Positions 28,430 to 32,000 of a stretch of 32,000 bases of DNA are shown piece after piece (positions within the stretch are counted from its first letter, which is position 1; each line of letters begins with the position of its first letter). The stretch spans positions 1,320,001-1,352,000 of the forward strand of contig NC_006624.1 in assembly GCF_000009965.1 (NCBI RefSeq), written 5' to 3'. The position numbers and the translations under genes were made by a program. Source of the DNA: Thermococcus kodakarensis KOD1 (GTDB taxonomy: Archaea; Methanobacteriota_B; Thermococci; Thermococcales; Thermococcaceae). The notes beneath the pieces are model-generated. The model did not search any database, was not told the origin of the DNA, and worked only from the letters and a program-made list of their open reading frames with translations.

Positions 28430-29200
28430 TCAATCCCTCCTTATGAGATTAAATATCGCGAGGGTTGCAAGCAATGCCTCCTCGGTGCGGACCGTTTCAG
28501 TCCGCTGATTTGGAATGGTGTTGAGGATCAGATGGAACTCAAACTTCTCCTCGCCGAGGAGCTCCATCACGCCTTTCCTCGGTGAGCCGAACACGAAACC
28601 GACCTCCCCCTCGAGCGGGGGGATCTCAACCTCTCTTATGTCGCGACCCTTCCTCGAGGTCGCGATGACCAGATCAAGCCCGGCCTTTTTAAGTGTTTTC
28701 GCCAGCGACTTCCTCGTGAGGTGAACCCTGTAGCCCCAGTAGTCCTCCGGTTTTGTCGGGACGACCCTCAGAGGTCTCGTCGAGACGATTTTGAACGTTG
28801 CACGCCCTTCAACGTTCCCTTCAACGACCGCCAGCTCATCGAGGCCGATGTCCGCGTAAGTTCTTTTCCCCCTTCTGAAGGCGAAACCCTCTCGGATTTC
28901 GCCGACCCTTGGCCTTCCCTTGAGTTTGTGGTGCGGCGTCCTCAGCGGCGGTATCACTCCCACGTACTTGAGCTCGGGCATCAGCGGGAACAGCCTCTTC
29001 CTGAGGTACTGGGGGGTCTCCGCGTACTCGAGGACGGTCTTGATGAACTTTCCGTCCCTGCCGCCGGCCCTGTAAATCCAGATGTGCTCAACGCCGAATA
29101 TTGAACAGGCCCTGGCTACCTGTCCGACCTTGTACGTTCTGATCTTTGGGTCGTCGGTCTCTTCGAGGAGCGAATCGGGAATGAAGACGTGCCAGGCCAT
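28430..29200 (-). CDS. SPOUT-superfamily putative RNA methyltransferase (DUF171 / COG2106 type) heading the rpl3 operon
   Basis: [43 protein letters not shown]...VFGSPRKGV...[25 protein letters not shown]. The ATG at 29200 is preferred, because the track start at 29284 lies upstream of and across the TATA box at 29257-29265. The stop is 1 nt from the rpl3 ATG, within AGGAGGGATTGAG. Confidence 0.8.
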
Positions 29201-29256
29201 TTTTCCGTCATCCTTTGATGTGGTAGCTCCAATGCTGAACTGGGGTCTATGGAGAC

Positions 29257-29272
29257 TATTTAAAAGGCTTTC
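29257..29272 (-). promoter_or_regulatory. BRE + TATA (CGAAAGCC-TTTTAAATA on minus strand) for the SPOUT-rpl3 operon
   Basis: The minus strand reads GAAAGCCTTTTAAATAGTC. The TATA centre is ~60 nt upstream of the ATG at 29200. Confidence 0.6.
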
Positions 29273-29323
29273 GAACCTTTCCACCCTCTTTTGGGTTGAG
29301 GAGTGTGAAATTTTTTTGCAAAG

Positions 29324-29560
29324 GAAACTTTGCAGGGCAAAGTTTCATCAAAGAGTGAATGTCCTTTTGAGCGCCCTGCGTTCAGTGATTCTCAATCATT
29401 AATTGGCAATTCTCAAGGGTTTACTCACAATATAACGCCCAAAGGGCGTTAAAAAATAAGAAAACCCGCACTTCTCCGCCCATCTATCAAGAGAATCTAA
29501 CCGTATCAAGCCAATCCTCGGAGACATTCAAACTTTGGTGAAGCTTTTCCCAAAAGCTTC
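29324..29560 (+). repeat. Hairpin-delimited non-coding repeat unit A2 (copy of 157-397)
   Basis: Bounded by palindromes 29324-29346 (GAAACTTTGC-AGG-GCAAAGTTTC) and 29540-29560 (GAAGCTTTT-CCC-AAAAGCTTC). Central hairpin at 29434-29450 is identical to 269-285. Confidence 0.9.
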
Positions 29561-29820
29561 CTGCGCGACGTTGAAGCTTCGCTTCAACGCACGGGACGAT
29601 AGTCCCGTTGAGTTTGATCAAGGTTCGTAGCTCATCCTTAAAAAGCTAGATTTCACGCGATTTTCTTCTTTGGAAAGCCAGTTTGAACATGAAAACACTT
29701 GAAATACCTTAGTTGTGTTGGTTTTAACTCCAAAACCAACGCCCAAAGGGGCGTCAAAAGAAAAATTAAAAAATTCCTGAAAGCATCCGACGAACGGCAA
29801 GAGCGACAAGGGAACCACCC
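29561..29820 (+). repeat. Hairpin-rich non-coding repeat unit C2 (related to 658-946), apparently ending at the ATPase gene
   Basis: Shares CTGCGCGA...AGTTTGATCAAGGTTCGTAGCTC with C1. It has extra perfect hairpins at 29569-29589, 29591-29608 and 29717-29740. The central hairpin at 29739-29754 is followed by an A-rich tract. Confidence 0.75.
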
Positions 29821-29821
29821 C

Positions 29822-31198
29822 TTAAACTTGGGTCTTTGAGGAAATAAGCCTTTCGAAGTCTCCTAAATCCCATACTAACCAGCCATCATCCCTGAGCTCT
29901 TCCTTTCCCTCGACGCTTTTAGCCACAAGCCCATAGCTCTTCTCCCATCCATCGAGGCCCGTAAGCTCGGCCTTCCTCTCCAAGTCCTTCAAAACCCCCC
30001 TCGCTTCCCTCTCTTTGAGCTCCTTCCACTTAACCTCAACGAACAGCGCCTTCTTTTCACGCTCGTTGAGGGCAACGAGGTCAATCTCCTCGCCCTTGTG
30101 CCACCAGCGGCCGAAGCGGTGGTACAAGCTGGGAAGGTGCCCCTTGGCCGAGAGCATTATCAGGAACTCCCTCGCAACCTTTTCGAAGGTAGTCCCCAGG
30201 TAGGTGTTGAAGTTCTTCCTGAAGTCCTCTATGGCGGGCTCAGGATTGAGGCCCTCAATGTCCTCATAGTGCGGGCTGACGAAGCGGTAGTAGAAGCGGA
30301 AGTACTCATCCTCGATTGTGTAGATCCCCCTCTTCGAGACCCTTTTGGTGACCGGAACCTCGCGCTTGACTATTCCAAGATTCTGGAGAACCCGAAGGTA
30401 GGCCGGAAGGTCCTTCGCCTCCATCATCGCGTACTGGGAGATCTCGGTGAGCCTCGTCTTCCCCAGGGCTATGGCCTCGATGATCTGGGCGTAGGTCGTC
30501 GGGTTTCTAAGCTCCTCCATTAGCAAAAGCCTCGCCTCGTTGAAGAGGAAAGCCGTTGGCTCAAAGAAGTTCGCGATTATCTCCTCGTCGCTCCCGTCCT
30601 TTAAGAGCTCCATGTACCTCGGAACTCCCCAGGTGACGCCGTAGAGGCGGACGAGCCTCTCAAAATCGCTCCCGTACCATTCCACCATGTCAAAGAACCT
30701 GAAGGGCTTCAGCTTCATTATACCCCTGGCCCTGCCGTAGAGGGGAGCCTTGTAGCCCAGAACCTCCCGCTCCATCATCCCCACACTTGAGCCCGAGAGG
30801 ATGAGGGTGACCTGGGAGTCCTTGATTATGAGGTCTACTATCTCCTGGAACACTGAAACTATGGGTCTGTAGGCCTCTATGAGATAGGGAAACTCATCGA
30901 TTACCACTACGAGCTTTCCCTGCTTTGTAAGGAACCTAAAAGCGTCCTCAAAGCTCCCGAACCTCACTGGCATACCAATGAACTCGCTCACTTCCTCCGA
31001 GAACCGTTCGAGGTCCTTTTCATACCCCCTCTGAGAGCACAGGAAGTAAATCCCCCTCTTGCCCTCAAGGAACTTTCTAAGGAGTGTTGTTTTCCCAACT
31101 CTCCTCCGCCCGTACACTACAATCAGGTTTGCCCCTCTGTTGTAGAGCTCCTCCAGCACCTCAAGCTCCCGTTTTCTGTTCACGAATTTACGGATCAT
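29822..31198 (-). CDS. Archaeal AAA+ ATPase (Arch_ATPase/COG1672 type) with wHTH and a DUF234 C-terminal domain (PD-(D/E)xK-like)
   Basis: 458 aa. N-terminal FVNRKRELEVL, Walker A GRRRVGKTT, Walker B VVVIDEFPY. A central wHTH-like block is TYAQIIEAIALGKTRLTEISQ. The C-terminus reads GRWWHKGEEIDLVAL...ALFVEVKWK. Confidence 0.85.
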   Translation of the reverse strand: MIRKFVNRKRELEVLEELYNRGANLIVVYGRRRVGKTTLLRKFLEGKRGIYFLCSQRGYEKDLERFSEEVSEFIGMPVRFGSFEDAFRFLTKQGKLVVVIDEFPYLIEAYRPIVSVFQEIVDLIIKDSQVTLILSGSSVGMMEREVLGYKAPLYGRARGIMKLKPFRFFDMVEWYGSDFERLVRLYGVTWGVPRYMELLKDGSDEEIIANFFEPTAFLFNEARLLLMEELRNPTTYAQIIEAIALGKTRLTEISQYAMMEAKDLPAYLRVLQNLGIVKREVPVTKRVSKRGIYTIEDEYFRFYYRFVSPHYEDIEGLNPEPAIEDFRKNFNTYLGTTFEKVAREFLIMLSAKGHLPSLYHRFGRWWHKGEEIDLVALNEREKKALFVEVKWKELKEREARGVLKDLERKAELTGLDGWEKSYGLVAKSVEGKEELRDDGWLVWDLGDFERLISSKTQV

Positions 31199-31221
31199 AA
31201 TTATAATAACCGTGATTCGAA

Positions 31222-31236
31222 TATTTAAACCTTTCC
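31222..31236 (-). promoter_or_regulatory. BRE + TATA (GGAAAGG-TTTAAATA on minus strand); predicts a leaderless ATPase mRNA
   Basis: The TATA centre is ~27 nt upstream of the ATG at 31198, with no SD in between. Confidence 0.55.
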
Positions 31237-31261
31237 CAGCTTGGAAATGAATGGAAATCCT

Positions 31262-32000
31262 TCAGTCCACGAACGCCAGCCCGTTCCACAGCTCCCGGAT
31301 TTCCCTCGTCGCGTCCGGATAGACCCGCTTGAAGGTTATCCTCCAGTAACCGTTGCCGAGGTCTTCGATGTCCTCGATATGTATCTTAACCCCCAGCCTC
31401 TCAAAGTGGGTCACCATCTTGTGAGCGGTCGTTATGTTCTTGACGCGGACGGTGAAGGTCTCGTCAACCTCGCCGCCGTTGGCAACTTCATGAATGCTCT
31501 CGACGAAGGGCCTCAGAAGGGCAGTGCCGAGGGCCTTTGCATAGTTTTCGAACTCCTCTCCCCTAACGTGGTTTTCGGCGAGATAGAAGGCGAGCCTCTT
31601 TATCCTCCCCATGAAGTAGCCGTGAGGTAAGTCGAAGAAGATGTGTGAGCCTATCTTTATGTCGTTTATGTTGGCGTAGGGAGTGACGTACTTCGCGATT
31701 CTCCTCATGTCGGGGCTTTTCATGACTATGCCCTCTCTTTTTTCCTCGCTGAGCCACTCAATAAGCTCTTTCAGCTCCCCAACCTTGGAAGAGTCGTAGA
31801 GGCCGAAGCGCTCCACCTGCGGGATTCCGTACTCCTCAGCCAGCCTGTACCTTTCCTCCGCCGGAAGACTCCTCCCGGTTCCCTTCTCTTGAATATCGAA
31901 GAGGAAGAACTCAATGTCCTCCTTGACGTAGGGCGGCCCCTCAACGAGGTAGGGGCTTTCAGGCCCGGCCATCTCACCGACCAGGACGAGGTTTGGATAG
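31262..32000 (-). CDS. ATP-dependent RNA ligase (Rnl3 / Pab1020-like), C-terminal portion; the 5' end lies beyond the window
   Basis: The frame stays open to the window edge (...YPNLVLVGEMAGPESPYLVEGPPYV...). The sequence resembles the archaeal homodimeric RNA ligase family (KSPDMRRIAKYVTPYANINDI). Confidence 0.8.
   Translation of the reverse strand, partial: YPNLVLVGEMAGPESPYLVEGPPYVKEDIEFFLFDIQEKGTGRSLPAEERYRLAEEYGIPQVERFGLYDSSKVGELKELIEWLSEEKREGIVMKSPDMRRIAKYVTPYANINDIKIGSHIFFDLPHGYFMGRIKRLAFYLAENHVRGEEFENYAKALGTALLRPFVESIHEVANGGEVDETFTVRVKNITTAHKMVTHFERLGVKIHIEDIEDLGNGYWRITFKRVYPDATREIRELWNGLAFVD

Noticed and set aside
29201-29284. N-terminal 28-codon extension of the SPOUT methyltransferase; similar extensions occur for rps13 (to 9017), rps9 (to 5788), rpoK (to 5022) and rpl34e (to 13939).
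   Set aside because: The extensions overlap a TATA box, tRNA genes or the upstream CDS, and they lack SDs. The internal ATG or GTG starts are SD-preceded and match the conserved N-termini of these families.
29618-29818. 66-aa minus-strand ORF directly after the ATPase stop.
   Set aside because: It lies within repeat unit C2 and reads through oligo-T tracts and hairpins, which produces its F- and L-rich composition. The homologous C1 unit does not preserve the frame. The GTG start abuts the preceding stop with no spacing for an SD.
31241-31630. 129-aa plus-strand ORF.
   Set aside because: It is antisense to the well-supported RNA ligase CDS. It starts within the ATPase promoter region, has no SD and has no recognisable domain.

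Overview
Archaeal chromosome segment, Thermococcus/Pyrococcus-like judging by protein sequences, GGTGA-type Shine-Dalgarno sites, TTTAAATA-type TATA boxes and CCA-encoding tRNAs. From about 2.8 to 29.2 kb it is a tightly packed minus-strand translation and transcription super-cluster. The order is SPOUT methyltransferase, L3-L4-L23-L2-S19-L22-S3-L29, aIF1/SUI1, RNase P Rpp29, S17-L14-L24-S4e-L5-S14-S8-L6-L32e-L19e-L18-S5-L30-L15, SecY, adenylate kinase, a DUF106 insertase-like protein, L34e, CMP kinase and L14e. An SDR gene and a hicBA module follow, then Cbf5, a membrane protein and an RsmC-like methyltransferase. The cluster ends with tRNA-Ser, S13-S4-S11, RpoD, tRNA-Leu, L18e-L13-S9, RpoN, tRNA-Pro, RpoK, an enolase-like protein, S2, tRNA-Leu and L40e. 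Three small genes that the >=60-aa ORF track missed or mis-started were recovered by hand: L40e, S14 and RpoK. Many track ORFs begin three codons too early, at a GTG inside the Shine-Dalgarno site. The unusual material lies at the two edges. A family of non-coding, hairpin-delimited ~220-290 bp units forms a four-unit tandem array directly after tRNA-Arg (157-1204) and a two-unit array at 29324-29820. Both arrays have the same orientation, so they bracket the whole ribosomal cluster. Their stems are kept by compensatory substitutions, unit ends pair with each other, and unit order differs between loci with junctions exactly at the hairpins. I cannot assign this family to any element class I know. 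Other points worth a second look are a hicBA module abutting cbf5, a tRNA-Ser overlapping the 3' end of a methyltransferase CDS, a possible 115-nt aIF1/Rpp29 gene overlap, apparent pseudoenzyme versions of enolase and a metallophosphoesterase, and a leaderless COG1672-type ATPase with a nuclease-like tail beside an Rnl3-type RNA ligase. No CRISPR array, rRNA, transposase or integrase gene is visible.
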